Below are positions 31,057 to 40,651 of a DNA stretch of 64,000 nucleotides, piece by piece. A program made the position numbers and the translations under genes. The notes beneath the pieces are model-generated. The model did no database searches and was not told the origin of the DNA. It was given only the letters and a program-made list of their open reading frames with translations. Each line of letters starts with the position of its first letter. The stretch's first letter is position 1. Source of the stretch: Alphaproteobacteria bacterium (lineage in GTDB: Bacteria > Pseudomonadota > Alphaproteobacteria > UBA828); assembly GCA_963422645.2 (NCBI GenBank), contig CAXXVO010000007.1:480001-544000 (forward strand), in the 5' to 3' direction.

Positions 31057-31947
31057 CTAGAACACCCGACCCCGGAAGAGCCCGCTCGGCCGCCAGATCA
31101 GGATCGCGACCATGATCGCGAAGGCCACTCCGGTCTTGTAGCCCGGCGGGACGAGGGCGTCGGTGCCGATCCACGGGTAGGTGGAAAGCTCCTCGACGAG
31201 GCCGATCACCAGCCCCCCCGCCATCGCGCCGTAGGGCCGCCCGATTCCCCCAAGCAGGGCGGCGGCGAAGATCGGCAGCAGCAGCTTGAAGCCCAGCTGC
31301 GATTCGATGTGGGTGTCGTAGGCGAGGAAGACCCCGGCCGCGGCCGCAAGCCCCGCGCCGACGATCCAGGTGGTGAGGATCACCCGCTCGGTATCGATGC
31401 CGGTGAGCCGGGCGAGGTCGGGCGAGTCGGCCATTGCGCGCATCGCCTTGCCGGCCCGGCTACGGGTGAGCAGCAGGTGCACAGCCAGCATCAGGACCAG
31501 GGCGGCGCCGACGATGGTGACACGCTTGGGGAAGACGCGCAGCGCGTCGAAGAATATCCAGGGAAGTTGGATACCCGGACCGAAGGATTGGAGCTTCGCG
31601 CCCCAGATGAGCTGCACGAGAGAGCGCACCATCAACATCAGCCCGAAGGAGGAAATCACGAGGATGATGGTCGAGCCGTGGCGGAGAGGCCGGAAGAAGA
31701 GCCGATCCAGGCCGAGCACCGCGAGTGCGGTAAGCGCCATCGCCAGGGGAAGGACGGCGAAGGGGTGCCAGCCGGTGAAGGAGGCGAGCGAGAGGGCGAT
31801 GAAGGCGCCGAGCGTCATCGTCTCCCCGTGCGCGAAGTTCGCAAAGCGCAGGATCCCGAAGGTGAGGGTCACGCCGATCGCGCCGAGCGCGTAGATGCTG
31901 CCGAGCACCAGGCCCGGAATCAGGTAGAAGTTGAGGAACTCGATCAC
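31057..31947 (-). CDS. Liv-type ABC permease (LivH-like)
   Basis: GSIYALGAIG, NFAHGE, GKAMRA, LGGIG. Confidence 0.9.
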   Translation of the reverse strand: MIEFLNFYLIPGLVLGSIYALGAIGVTLTFGILRFANFAHGETMTLGAFIALSLASFTGWHPFAVLPLAMALTALAVLGLDRLFFRPLRHGSTIILVISSFGLMLMVRSLVQLIWGAKLQSFGPGIQLPWIFFDALRVFPKRVTIVGAALVLMLAVHLLLTRSRAGKAMRAMADSPDLARLTGIDTERVILTTWIVGAGLAAAAGVFLAYDTHIESQLGFKLLLPIFAAALLGGIGRPYGAMAGGLVIGLVEELSTYPWIGTDALVPPGYKTGVAFAIMVAILIWRPSGLFRGRVF

Positions 31948-32747
31948 GGTGCGCCCGCCCCCGGCGCGGGACCGCCTTCACCCGCGTCCGTGTCGTCGCC
32001 GCGCCCGCCCAGGAACATCGCACCCACCGCGGGGTCTGCGAGAAGCGCGGCGCCGCTGCCGTCCAGGCGGTTGCGTCCGTCGACGAGGATGTAGCCGCGA
32101 TCAGCGATGCCGAGGGCCTGGCGCGCGTTCTGCTCCACCATGAGGACGGGGACGCCGCGCGTGTTGATCTCCCGCACCACGCGGAAGATGTCGCCGCGGA
32201 AGCGCGGAGAGAGCCCTGCGGTCGGCTCGTCCAGGAGGAGCACGACCGGCTCCACCATCAGCGCCTTGGCGATCGCCACCATCTGGCGCTGGCCGCCCGA
32301 GAGGTATCCGGCGGGGCTGCGGCGGCGCTCCGCGAGCGGCGGAAAGAGCTCGTACATCTCCTGCATGCGGGGGCGGAAGTCGTCGCGGCGGATGTAGGCC
32401 CCCATCTCCAGGTTCTCGTTCACGGTGAGGTTGGGGAACACGTTGGCGGTCTGGGGGACGTAGCACACGCCCTGGCGCACCACCCGATCGGGGGCGGTAC
32501 CGGTGATGTCCCGGCCCTGGAGGCTCACCCGCCCGCCTGCGAGCTCAAGGCGCCCGAGAACCGCGTTCATCACCGTGGACTTGCCCGCCCCGTTGGGGCC
32601 GACGAGCACGACGATTTCGCCCGCACCGACGCTGACCGAAACTTCGTGAATGATCTCGGCCCCGCCGTAGCCCCCGGTCACGCGCTCGAGCGCGAGCACC
32701 GGCGCTCCCGCCCCCTCTTGCGGCGTTCCGCTGCCTGCCTCGCTCAC
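31944..32747 (-). CDS. Liv-type ABC ATP-binding protein (LivF-like)
   Basis: GPNGAGKST, LSGGQRQM, LLDEPTAGL, MVEQNA; GTG start overlaps the upstream stop. Confidence 0.9.
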   Translation of the reverse strand: MSEAGSGTPQEGAGAPVLALERVTGGYGGAEIIHEVSVSVGAGEIVVLVGPNGAGKSTVMNAVLGRLELAGGRVSLQGRDITGTAPDRVVRQGVCYVPQTANVFPNLTVNENLEMGAYIRRDDFRPRMQEMYELFPPLAERRRSPAGYLSGGQRQMVAIAKALMVEPVVLLLDEPTAGLSPRFRGDIFRVVREINTRGVPVLMVEQNARQALGIADRGYILVDGRNRLDGSGAALLADPAVGAMFLGGRGDDTDAGEGGPAPGAGAP

Positions 32748-33607
32748 GGAGCGGACCCTCCCCCATCTGCTCCCGCCGCGGGTTTGGGGCCGGCATGACC
32801 CTCGTCCTCGTCTCCGCCGAGATAGGCGTCGAGCACCCGCGGGTCCCGACGCACCTGCTCCATGGGACCGTCGGTGAGAACCGCGCCCTGCGAGAGCACG
32901 ATAACCCGCTCGCAGAGCGAAGCGATGAAGTCCATGTCGTGCTCGATGACGACGAAGGTGTAGCCACGCTCTCGGTTGAGCTCCAGGATCATCTCCCGCA
33001 GGCGGACGAGCAGGGTCGGGTTGACCCCCGCCCCTGGTTCGTCGAGGAGCACGAGACGGGGCGAGGTCATCATCGCCCGGCCGAGCTCGAGCAGCTTCTT
33101 CTGGCCGCCCGAGAGGTTCATCGCGAGCTCGTCGCGCAGATCCCACAGGGTGAGGAAGCGTAGCGCGTCCTCAGCCCTCTCGCGTACCTCGCGTTCGCGC
33201 CGGGCGACCGCGCCTGGCGCGAGCCACACCGGCCACAGGCGCTCTCCGGGCTGGGCGGCAGGCACTGCCATCAGGTTCTCGAGCACCGTGAGGCGGCCGA
33301 ACTCGTGCGGAATCTGGAAGGTGCGCACGATGCCTCGGTGGAAGAGCCGGTGAGTCGGGAGGCCCGTGATGTCCTCGCCGTCGAAGAGAATCCGGCCCGC
33401 GCTTGGAGGCAGCGCCCCCGCCACCATACTGAAGATGGTGGTCTTGCCCGCGCCGTTCGGCCCGATCATCCCGGTAATGCGGCCTGCCTCGATCGTGAAG
33501 GAGCAGCGGTCCACTGCGGTCAGGCCGCCGAAGCGGCGGGTCAGACCCTCGACTGCGAGAATCGGCGCCGGCGAACGGCCGGGCTCGGGCTGCGGGGCGG
33601 TATTCAT
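32744..33607 (-). CDS. Liv-type ABC ATP-binding protein (LivG-like)
   Basis: FGGLTAV, GPNGAGKTT, RTFQ, IEHDM, DAYLG. Confidence 0.9.
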   Translation of the reverse strand: MNTAPQPEPGRSPAPILAVEGLTRRFGGLTAVDRCSFTIEAGRITGMIGPNGAGKTTIFSMVAGALPPSAGRILFDGEDITGLPTHRLFHRGIVRTFQIPHEFGRLTVLENLMAVPAAQPGERLWPVWLAPGAVARREREVRERAEDALRFLTLWDLRDELAMNLSGGQKKLLELGRAMMTSPRLVLLDEPGAGVNPTLLVRLREMILELNRERGYTFVVIEHDMDFIASLCERVIVLSQGAVLTDGPMEQVRRDPRVLDAYLGGDEDEGHAGPKPAAGADGGGSAP

Positions 33608-33740
33608 GACGAGGCCAATGGTAGCCTGCTTGCTTCGATGGGCGCGCAAGGAAAAACTCGGAAATGATAACGCCTGGATACCCCGGCGGGGCTACAATGA
33701 TCAGGACTGGCCGGGGCAACGCGCGGCGAGGGGAGTTGCG

Positions 33741-34919
33741 TTGAACGACGAATCGAGCCCGGATGCGGTCCGGGAGGCCGGAGTGCGAGGTGGGGCGACA
33801 CCGGACTGCGCTCCGGGTGGCACGGCACGGGCCGAGCTGCTCCTGCCGAGTCGCGACCTGCACGCAGATCTCGCCTTCTTCCGCGAACGGCTGGGCTTCC
33901 GTCTCGATTCCATCTTTCCCGCCGACGACCCCGCGCAGGCGGTGCTGTCGGGCCACGGTGTGCGCATCCGGCTCGAACGCGGCGGCGCCGAAGCCCCCGG
34001 CGCGATCCGGCTGCACTGCGAGGACCCGGGCGCATTCGGAGATGGCGAGCGGGAGCTCCACGCCCCCAACGGCACCCGCATCGAGCTTCGGGACCTCCAA
34101 CCCCGCTTGCAGCGCCCGCTCACCCGCCACGCGCTGGTGGTCCAGCGCCAGGACGCGAAGGGCGGCGCGTGGGTGGTGGGCCGCGCCGGCATGCATTACC
34201 GGGACCTCATTCCGGGGCGCCTCGGCGGGGCGATCATCGCCTCGCACATCCGCATCCCGGAGGCGGGACCGGTGCCCGACGACGTGCACTACCACATCGC
34301 GGCATTCCAGCTCATCTACTGCTACCGGGGCTGGGTGGACCTCGTGTACGAGGACCAGGGTCCGCCCTTCCGCCTCGAAGCCGGGGACTGCCTCATTCAG
34401 CCCCCGCAGATCCGCCACCGGGTGCTCGAGTCCTCCGCCGGCCTGGAAGTGATCGAGATTGCGGTGCCGGCGGAGCACCTCACCGCGCTCGATCACGCGC
34501 TGGAGCTTCCCACCGGCCAGTTGCGTCCGGATCGTGACTTCGGCGGCCAGCGCTTCTGCCGCCACTTGGCGCGCGACGCGGTCTGGAACCCGGCCCGCCT
34601 TCCCGGGTTTTCCGCCTGCGACACCGGAATCGCCGCCGCCACCGGCGGGGTGGCGAGCGCGCAAGTCGCGAGACGCACTGACGGCGGCGGCGACGCTGCG
34701 GACACCAGCCATGACGCGGACATCCTCTTCACCTTCGTCCTGGAAGGCGGAATGACACTGCGCGTGCCGGCGCGCGAGACCTGCGCGCTTCGGGCGGGAG
34801 ACGCCTTCGTGCTGCCGCCGGGCCTTCGCAACGCCTATGAGCGCTGCACGGACGACCTCGAGTTGCTGGAGGTATCCCTGCCCGGCGCCTTCGTCACGAC
34901 CATCCACCAAGACCCTTGA
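33741..34919 (+). CDS. VOC-like N-terminal domain plus tandem cupin domain protein
   Basis: FFRERLGFRLDSIFPADDP; GRAGMHYRDLIP, VHYH..FQLIY, IQPPQIRHRV; second cupin HDADILFTFVLEG. TTG start after GGGGAG inferred. Confidence 0.75.
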   Translation: MNDESSPDAVREAGVRGGATPDCAPGGTARAELLLPSRDLHADLAFFRERLGFRLDSIFPADDPAQAVLSGHGVRIRLERGGAEAPGAIRLHCEDPGAFGDGERELHAPNGTRIELRDLQPRLQRPLTRHALVVQRQDAKGGAWVVGRAGMHYRDLIPGRLGGAIIASHIRIPEAGPVPDDVHYHIAAFQLIYCYRGWVDLVYEDQGPPFRLEAGDCLIQPPQIRHRVLESSAGLEVIEIAVPAEHLTALDHALELPTGQLRPDRDFGGQRFCRHLARDAVWNPARLPGFSACDTGIAAATGGVASAQVARRTDGGGDAADTSHDADILFTFVLEGGMTLRVPARETCALRAGDAFVLPPGLRNAYERCTDDLELLEVSLPGAFVTTIHQDP

Positions 34920-34934
34920 CGGGAACTTTCGGCG

Positions 34935-35088
34935 CTAGAGCGCGTCCGTTCTTGACGGACGCGCGACAGGCCGCGACCGCGGCCCGCCGCTTAGCGGCGC
35001 CCTCGCGCGCCCGCGCGCGTATCCTCGCGACGCGGAGGCGCCGGCCGTAGGCCGGCTGCCGTGAGCGACAAAGAAGCAGAGCGTTTCC
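34935..35088. repeat. Multi-hairpin palindromic intergenic element at the left edge of the IS cluster
   Basis: Starts CTAGAG; perfect 10-bp stem GCGCGTCCGT/ACGGACGCGC (34940-34964); further stems GCCGC/GCGGC and GCCGGCC/GGCCGGC. Confidence 0.5.
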
Positions 35089-35225
35089 GTGTAGAGATCC
35101 AATTACGAGACTTCATCGTGATAGAGGATGATTCAATTTTCGTAACTACCCAGGTACCCCAATCCTGAGTTGAGGACGGTGATTATGGCGGCGGCCGCGG
35201 CCTGGTTCTGCCACCGCGATTGGTT

Positions 35226-35285
35226 CTTGACCTCATAGAGTTGCGGGACTATGGACTGCTCTCTCGCGTGACGGGAGCGGTCCAT
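35226..35285 (+). promoter_or_regulatory. Internal sigma70-type promoter and RBS/start-sequestering hairpin for the methyltransferase-transposase pair
   Basis: CTTGAC-N17-CTATGG (35226-35254); ATGGACTGCTCTC (35251-35263) pairs with GGGAGCGGTCCAT (35273-35285). Confidence 0.65.
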
Positions 35286-35949
35286 GGGGTATTTCGGCTC
35301 GAAGGCGACAGCAGGTCTGTGCCAAGCGCTGATTGCGCTGATGCCGCCGCACTCCGTCTACATCGAAAGCCACCTTGGGGGCGGGGCGCTGATGAAGCGC
35401 AAGCCGCCGGCCGTGCGTTCGATCGGCATCGACCGCGATGCGCAGGCGCTCGAGGCCTTCGTCTGCGACTACCCGGTCGATCTGGTTCACGGCTGTGCCC
35501 ATGACTTCCTGGCCTCGTTCCCGTTCCTGGGCCCGGAGCTGGTTTACAGCGATCCGCCCTATCTGCACGCGACCCGCCGCTCGGCGCAGCGCTACCGCTT
35601 CGAGTACGAGGAGGCCGGCCACGTCGCGCTTCTCGCGCTGCTCAAGGCTCTGCCCTGCCAGGTCATGATCTCGGGCCATCCGTCGGCGCTCTATGACGAG
35701 GTGCTGGCGGGATGGCGCCGGCTGGCGCTGCAGGTCACGACCCAGGGTCTGGTGCGAACCGAGGTCGTCTGGTTCAACTACGCCCCCGACCGGATGCATT
35801 GGGCCAGCCACGCAGGCCGGAACTTCACCGACCGCCAGCGCATCAAGCGCAAGGCAGCCAACTGGGGCCGGCGCTACCAGGCCTTGCCGCCGGGCGAACG
35901 CCTCGCCGTGCTCGCCGCCATGATGGCCGTCGAGGCCGAAGACACGTGA
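35284..35949 (+). CDS. Compact Dam-like (D12/alpha class) N6-adenine DNA methyltransferase
   Basis: MGYFGSK (motif X), YIESHLGGG (motif I), IGIDRD, VYSDPPY (motif IV), VMISG, RTEVVWFNY. Confidence 0.88.
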   Translation: MGYFGSKATAGLCQALIALMPPHSVYIESHLGGGALMKRKPPAVRSIGIDRDAQALEAFVCDYPVDLVHGCAHDFLASFPFLGPELVYSDPPYLHATRRSAQRYRFEYEEAGHVALLALLKALPCQVMISGHPSALYDEVLAGWRRLALQVTTQGLVRTEVVWFNYAPDRMHWASHAGRNFTDRQRIKRKAANWGRRYQALPPGERLAVLAAMMAVEAEDT

Positions 35950-37484
35950 CGGTGTCGCACTGGCACGAAGACCTCGCCGCCCGTAACGAGGCCTTCTGCT
36001 GCCTGAAGGAGCTTCTCGAGCCATCATCCCTCGCAACCACTGTCGTCGTTGCCGTCCGGGAATGGGGGCAGGGGCTGCTGCGATCAGCCACCGCGCTCGC
36101 CCGGGAAAATGCCGCACTCGAGCAGGAGAACGCGGCCCTGCGCGAGCGCATCGCCGAACTCGAGCGCAGCGCGGCCCTCAACAGCACCACAAGCAGCAAG
36201 CCCCCCGCCAGCGACGGGCTCAAGAAGAAAAGCGGAGCCCAGAGGCGCACCCAAAGCCAGCGCGGAAAGTCCGGCGGGCCCAGTGGCGGCCAGCCCGGCC
36301 ACAAGGGAACCACCCTCGCGCGGAGCGACAGCCCGGACCGTGTCGTCGATCACCACCCCTCCACCTGTTCCGGCTGTGGCGTCGAGCTCTCGGACGCCGA
36401 CCGGCAAGGCGCGCCCGCCTGTCGGCAGGTCTTCGACGTACCCGAGCCGCAGCCTCTCGAGGTCACCGAACACCGCGCCCATCGCTGCCTCTGCGGCGCA
36501 TGCGGCACGCTGACACGAGCCGCCTTCCCGCCGGGCGTCACCGCCCCGGTCCAGTACGGCCCTCGCATCACCGCTTGGGTGAGTTACCTGCTGTACGCCC
36601 AGTTCGTGCCCGAGAAGCGTCTGGCCGAACTCATGAGCGACATCTTCGCGGTGTCCATCTCCACTGCCACGATCGCCGCCATGGGCCGGCGCACAGCGCA
36701 GCGCTTCGAGGGCTTCCTCGACCATGTCGCCGATCTGATCCGCACGCAGGCGCCGGTCAAGCACCTCGACGAGACCGGCCTGCGTATCGCCGCCCGTACC
36801 CGCTGGCTCCATGTGCTGTGCACCCCGTTGCTCACCGTCCTGCGCATCGGCGAGGGACGCGGCGATGTCGAAAAGAACCTGAAAGGCATCCTCGTCCACG
36901 ACGACTTCGCCCCCTACTTCACCATCAAGGGCGTCCGCCACGGCGCCTGCAACGCACATCACCTGCGCGAACTCCAGGCCCTGATCGACATCGAGAAGGA
37001 GGAATGGGCGGCGAGCATGCACCGCCTGCTTCAGCGCGCGCGCAGGGCCGCCCGCTTCGCCCGTGAGAAAGACCGTCAAGTCCCCGCCTCCCTGGTGGCC
37101 CGCATCTCAAGGGCATGGGACCGTATCCTCGAAGAAGCCATCGCCTTCCATGAGGCCCAACCGCCGCTCCAGATCGCAAAGCGAGGGCGAAAGAAACGCC
37201 GCATCGGCCACAACCTCGCGCGCCGCCTTCAAAAGCATAAGGAGGGCTGCCTGCGCTTCCTCACCGACCTGCGCACGCCGTTCACGAATAACGAGGCGGA
37301 GCGTGACATCCGTATGAACAAAGTGCATGAGAAGATCTCAGGCGGCTTCCGCTCCCTGCAAGGCGCCTGCAACTTCGCCGGAATGCGCAGCGTCATCGTC
37401 ACCGCTCGAAAGCAAGGCTGGAACATCCTGCAAATCCTGGCGCACCCGGAACCGATGCAGCTGATCCCTATACTGCGCTCCTGA
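35946..37484 (+). CDS. IS66-family transposase
   Basis: Coiled coil, NSTTSSKPPASDG, CSGCG Zn finger, APVQYGP, HLDETG, CNAHHLREL, FTNNEAERDIRM; GTGA overlap with the methyltransferase stop. Confidence 0.93.
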   Translation: MTVSHWHEDLAARNEAFCCLKELLEPSSLATTVVVAVREWGQGLLRSATALARENAALEQENAALRERIAELERSAALNSTTSSKPPASDGLKKKSGAQRRTQSQRGKSGGPSGGQPGHKGTTLARSDSPDRVVDHHPSTCSGCGVELSDADRQGAPACRQVFDVPEPQPLEVTEHRAHRCLCGACGTLTRAAFPPGVTAPVQYGPRITAWVSYLLYAQFVPEKRLAELMSDIFAVSISTATIAAMGRRTAQRFEGFLDHVADLIRTQAPVKHLDETGLRIAARTRWLHVLCTPLLTVLRIGEGRGDVEKNLKGILVHDDFAPYFTIKGVRHGACNAHHLRELQALIDIEKEEWAASMHRLLQRARRAARFAREKDRQVPASLVARISRAWDRILEEAIAFHEAQPPLQIAKRGRKKRRIGHNLARRLQKHKEGCLRFLTDLRTPFTNNEAERDIRMNKVHEKISGGFRSLQGACNFAGMRSVIVTARKQGWNILQILAHPEPMQLIPILRS

Positions 37485-37864
37485 ACTTCTCCGGCTCATC
37501 CTGAGTATCGCTGTCCTCTCATCTTGTTCGCGACGCGGCGTTCATCATCCTCTCGCGCTCAAGAGAGTAGGCACCCCCGCGGCGTGGGGGCGTTGACGCA
37601 AAAGGAACTGGCTTGTTCCATAAGAGAGAGGGGGTACCTGGGCAGTTACCAATTTTCGATGGTCATACGTTACGATGTTGTTTTAACAGGTGATAGTTGG
37701 TATGTCGACTGTTTAGATAGGATTTTTGTAACTGCCCAGGTTCTTGCTGTGAAAATTCTCTGGGATTCGGCACAACGCTACCCACGCGACGCCCGTGTGC
37801 TCCTCTGGGGTCGCCGGGTTTCACAGCTCACGATGCCCCTCTTGCGGACTGCGACCGGTAAGCT

Positions 37865-38887
37865 CAGACTTCCTGACCTCGTGATGCTGGCTGTTCTGGG
37901 CAGCGTGCCGGGAACTCCTTGAATTCTGATACATTTCGGTTGTTTCAGGCGGTTTTTCGCTGGGTGTCGCGCCCGAGGTCTGATAGTATAATTTGATACC
38001 AATTGCACGGTCTCAACCATGCCCAGTACCCTCCCAATGTGCCCTCCAGAGGCGGTCTCGATCGGCAACAGCTGCTTCGCCGTCCTGATCTCGGACGACA
38101 CCTTCACCTACTTTTCCAACCTCATTCCCTTTGACAGCCACGCCGCCGATGACCGCACGGCCATGCTCTTGCGGATCGGCCGCCTCGCGGCGATCAGCGC
38201 GGTCTCGCCGCAGGAACTGGCTGACGCTTTCGCTGTCTCGCGCGCGACGGTGCAGCGCGCACGACGGCGCTACCTGGCCGAGGGCGAAGCGGGGTTCATG
38301 AAGCCCCGGCGCGGTCGCGGGCCGTCGGTGTTCACTCCGGAGTTGGCGGAGAAGGCGACGGCGTTGCTGGCATCGGGCCTGAGCGGCTCTGCGGCGGCCC
38401 GGGTTCTCGGCGTGTCAGCGCCATCGGTCAACAAGTGGCGCCGTCAGGGACTGATCGGCAACACGGAGGCGGATGGGGAGCCCGGACGCTCAGCGCTGGC
38501 TGCGCCGCCTGACGCGGGTGCGGCTCCTGAAGGCCGTGTCGATGAAGAGAGTACCGGTGCCCCGGGGCCGGAGACGGCGCCGGGGCTGGAAGCGCAGCCG
38601 CAAACGGATCGCAGCGCGCGCGATCGGCGGGACCGGCAGGCGCCGATGGGGCGTGCGACTTGCGATGTTCCGGCTCGGGTTCTGGCCAGTTGTGGCCTCC
38701 TGCGGGTCCACATTCTTGGCCTCGCAAACGACGCCTGCGACCGTTGGATCGATGCGGTTCTGAGCGACCTGAACGCCACCGAAACGGTCTTCCCCGGCAC
38801 CCGTCTGCGCATAGTCTACGACATCGACGGGGCCTCGGAATCCGCGCGGCTCGTGTCACCTAAAATCAGCAGAGGTCAGGAAGTCTG
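37865..38887 (+). mobile_element. Internally deleted non-autonomous IS of unclassified family
   Basis: Perfect 16-bp TIR CAGACTTCCTGACCTC / GAGGTCAGGAAGTCTG; 5-bp duplication AAGCT (37860-37864, 38888-38892); the empty site is visible in IS66 copy 2 (GGTAAGCTACCCCG near 40781). Confidence 0.9.
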
Positions 38888-38888
38888 A
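38019..38888 (+). pseudogene. Internally deleted transposase: two HTH motifs plus the extreme C-terminus, no catalytic core seen
   Basis: ELADAFAVSRATVQRARRRY and AAARVLGVSAPSVNKW; LNATETVFPGTRLRIVY..GQEV runs through the right TIR, and the stop TGA uses the first target base. Confidence 0.7.
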
Positions 38889-39023
38889 AGCTACCCCGAT
38901 GTGGCCCGAAGTCCGCCCGCGCGACGGGCACCGATTTTCATTCTATGGGGTGGTCCAGCACGGCGTCGACCATGATCGTTTATGAGAATGGCTCCGCTGT
39001 TGGAGAACCCGTGCCAGGTGAGC

Positions 39024-40529
39024 TTACGCGCACTTGACGGTGGCGATGAGCCGATCCGATGGGCTGGTCAGGGCTTCGATGATATTCCAGCCCTGCTTTC
39101 TGGCGGTGGTGATGACGCTGCGCAGGATGGCGAAGTTCTCGGCCCCCTGCGCGGACCGGAAGCCCCCGGAGATCTTCTGGCGCAGCTTCATCATCCGAAG
39201 GTCGCGCTCGGCCTCGTTGTTCGTGAACCCGACCTCGAGGTCGATCAGGAACCGGAGCACCGCGCATTTGTGGTCGCGCAGCCTCAAGGCCGGATTGTGA
39301 CCGATCCTTCGCTTCCGGCGCTTCTTCCTCTTGCCAGGCGAGAACGGTGGTTGGCTCTCGTGAAAGGCCAGCGCATCGGCGATGATCTCGTCGTATCGGC
39401 GCTCGATCAGCGCCACAAGCCTCGCCGGAACGGCGATATCCTTGTCCAGCGCGATGCGGGCGGCGCGATTGGCTCGGCGCAGGAGCTGCTGCATCCGCCG
39501 GGCCCAAGCCTCCCCTTCGATGTCCACCAGCGCCTGCAACTCCCGCAGGTGATGGGCGTTGCACAGGCCGTGCTCCACCCCTTCCATCGCGAAGTACGGC
39601 TTCCAGTGATCGTGCACGACGATGCCGGAGACACCCGAGAGCAGGGCGCCGCGCTTGCCGCTGACCCGGTACGCCGCCAGCAGCGGCGTGCAGATCACAT
39701 GAAGCCACTGCGTCTGACCGCCGATCCGCAAGCCGGTCTCGTCCATGTGTTTCACCCGCGCCGTGCCCGCCGCCAGGTCCTGTATGTGCAAGGCCGCGTC
39801 CCGCAGCCGCTCGGCCGCCCTCTCGCTCATCGTCGCCAACGTCGCAGCCGTCACCGGCGCGCCGAAGAGCTCGGCCATCACCTGCGACAGCCGATCCTCC
39901 GGCAGGAAGTGAGCGTGCTGAAGGTAGACCGCCACCCCGGCAATGCGCGGGCCGTACTGCACCGGCGCCGACACCCCGTCGGGGAACGCCGCCCGGGTCA
40001 CCGTCCCGCAATGCCCGCAGCACTTGGCATGCGCCCGGTGCTCGGTCACCTCCAGGGGGCTCGGCTCGGGCAGATCGAACACCTGGCGGGCGACGGGCGT
40101 TCCCGCCCTGGCCGCGTCCGAAAGCGGCGAACCGCATCCCTTGCAGGAAGCCGGGACGTGATCCTTCACCCGATCCGGGTGATCGGCGCGGCGCAGCGTC
40201 TTGCCCTTGTGGCCGGGCTGGCCACCGGGCTTGCGGCCCGATTTGCCGCGCAGGCTTCGGGTTCGCCGCTTCGAATTCGGCTTCCTCAGCCCATCGCTCG
40301 AAGGCGGCTTGCCGCTGTTGCCGCTGTTGAGGCCGAGACGGCGCTCCAACTCCTCGATGCGCTCGACGAGACGCGCGACTTGCTCTTCCAGCCGCGCGTT
40401 CTGCTGCCGAAGCCAGGCATTTTCCTCCCGAAGCCGGGCGTTCTCCTCCTCCAGGCGGGCGATCTTCTGCGCGGGCGTTTCGGGCGCTGCTCCCGTCGAA
40501 GGGCCGCGCGGCGACTCGGGATTGCTCAT
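39024..40529 (-). CDS. IS66-family transposase (open frame; HNPAL where the other two read HNLA)
   Basis: NSGNSGKPPSSDG, CKGCG, HMDETG, CNAHHLREL, FTNNEAERDLRM. Confidence 0.92.
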   Translation of the reverse strand: MSNPESPRGPSTGAAPETPAQKIARLEEENARLREENAWLRQQNARLEEQVARLVERIEELERRLGLNSGNSGKPPSSDGLRKPNSKRRTRSLRGKSGRKPGGQPGHKGKTLRRADHPDRVKDHVPASCKGCGSPLSDAARAGTPVARQVFDLPEPSPLEVTEHRAHAKCCGHCGTVTRAAFPDGVSAPVQYGPRIAGVAVYLQHAHFLPEDRLSQVMAELFGAPVTAATLATMSERAAERLRDAALHIQDLAAGTARVKHMDETGLRIGGQTQWLHVICTPLLAAYRVSGKRGALLSGVSGIVVHDHWKPYFAMEGVEHGLCNAHHLRELQALVDIEGEAWARRMQQLLRRANRAARIALDKDIAVPARLVALIERRYDEIIADALAFHESQPPFSPGKRKKRRKRRIGHNPALRLRDHKCAVLRFLIDLEVGFTNNEAERDLRMMKLRQKISGGFRSAQGAENFAILRSVITTARKQGWNIIEALTSPSDRLIATVKCA

Positions 40530-40651
40530 GTCGTTGTTGAGTCATTTCCCGAAATTCCCGTCAAGCCCTTTCCACCAACTCCGAACGAGAAACGCCTCAA
40601 TCCACTGGCCCAAAATGACAAATCAGACGACCTGGGCAGTTACCATTTAAG

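Larger units (their letters stand above)
35142..37649 (+). mobile_element. IS66-family element (TnpC-only, ISBst12-like) with a DNA methyltransferase passenger
   Basis: TIRs GTAACTACCCAGGTACCCC / GGGGTACCTGGGCAGTTAC (18 of 19 match); 8-bp target duplication CAATTTTC at 35134-35141 and 37650-37657. Confidence 0.93.
37728..40643 (-). mobile_element. IS66-family element, copy 1 of a tandem dimer (carries a 1023-bp insertion)
   Basis: Ends GTAACTGCCCAGGT / ACCTGGGCAGTTAC; left flank GGATTTTT (37720-37727). Confidence 0.92.

Noticed and set aside
35284-35949. Restriction-modification system
   Set aside because: No endonuclease or specificity gene; the methyltransferase lies inside IS ends.
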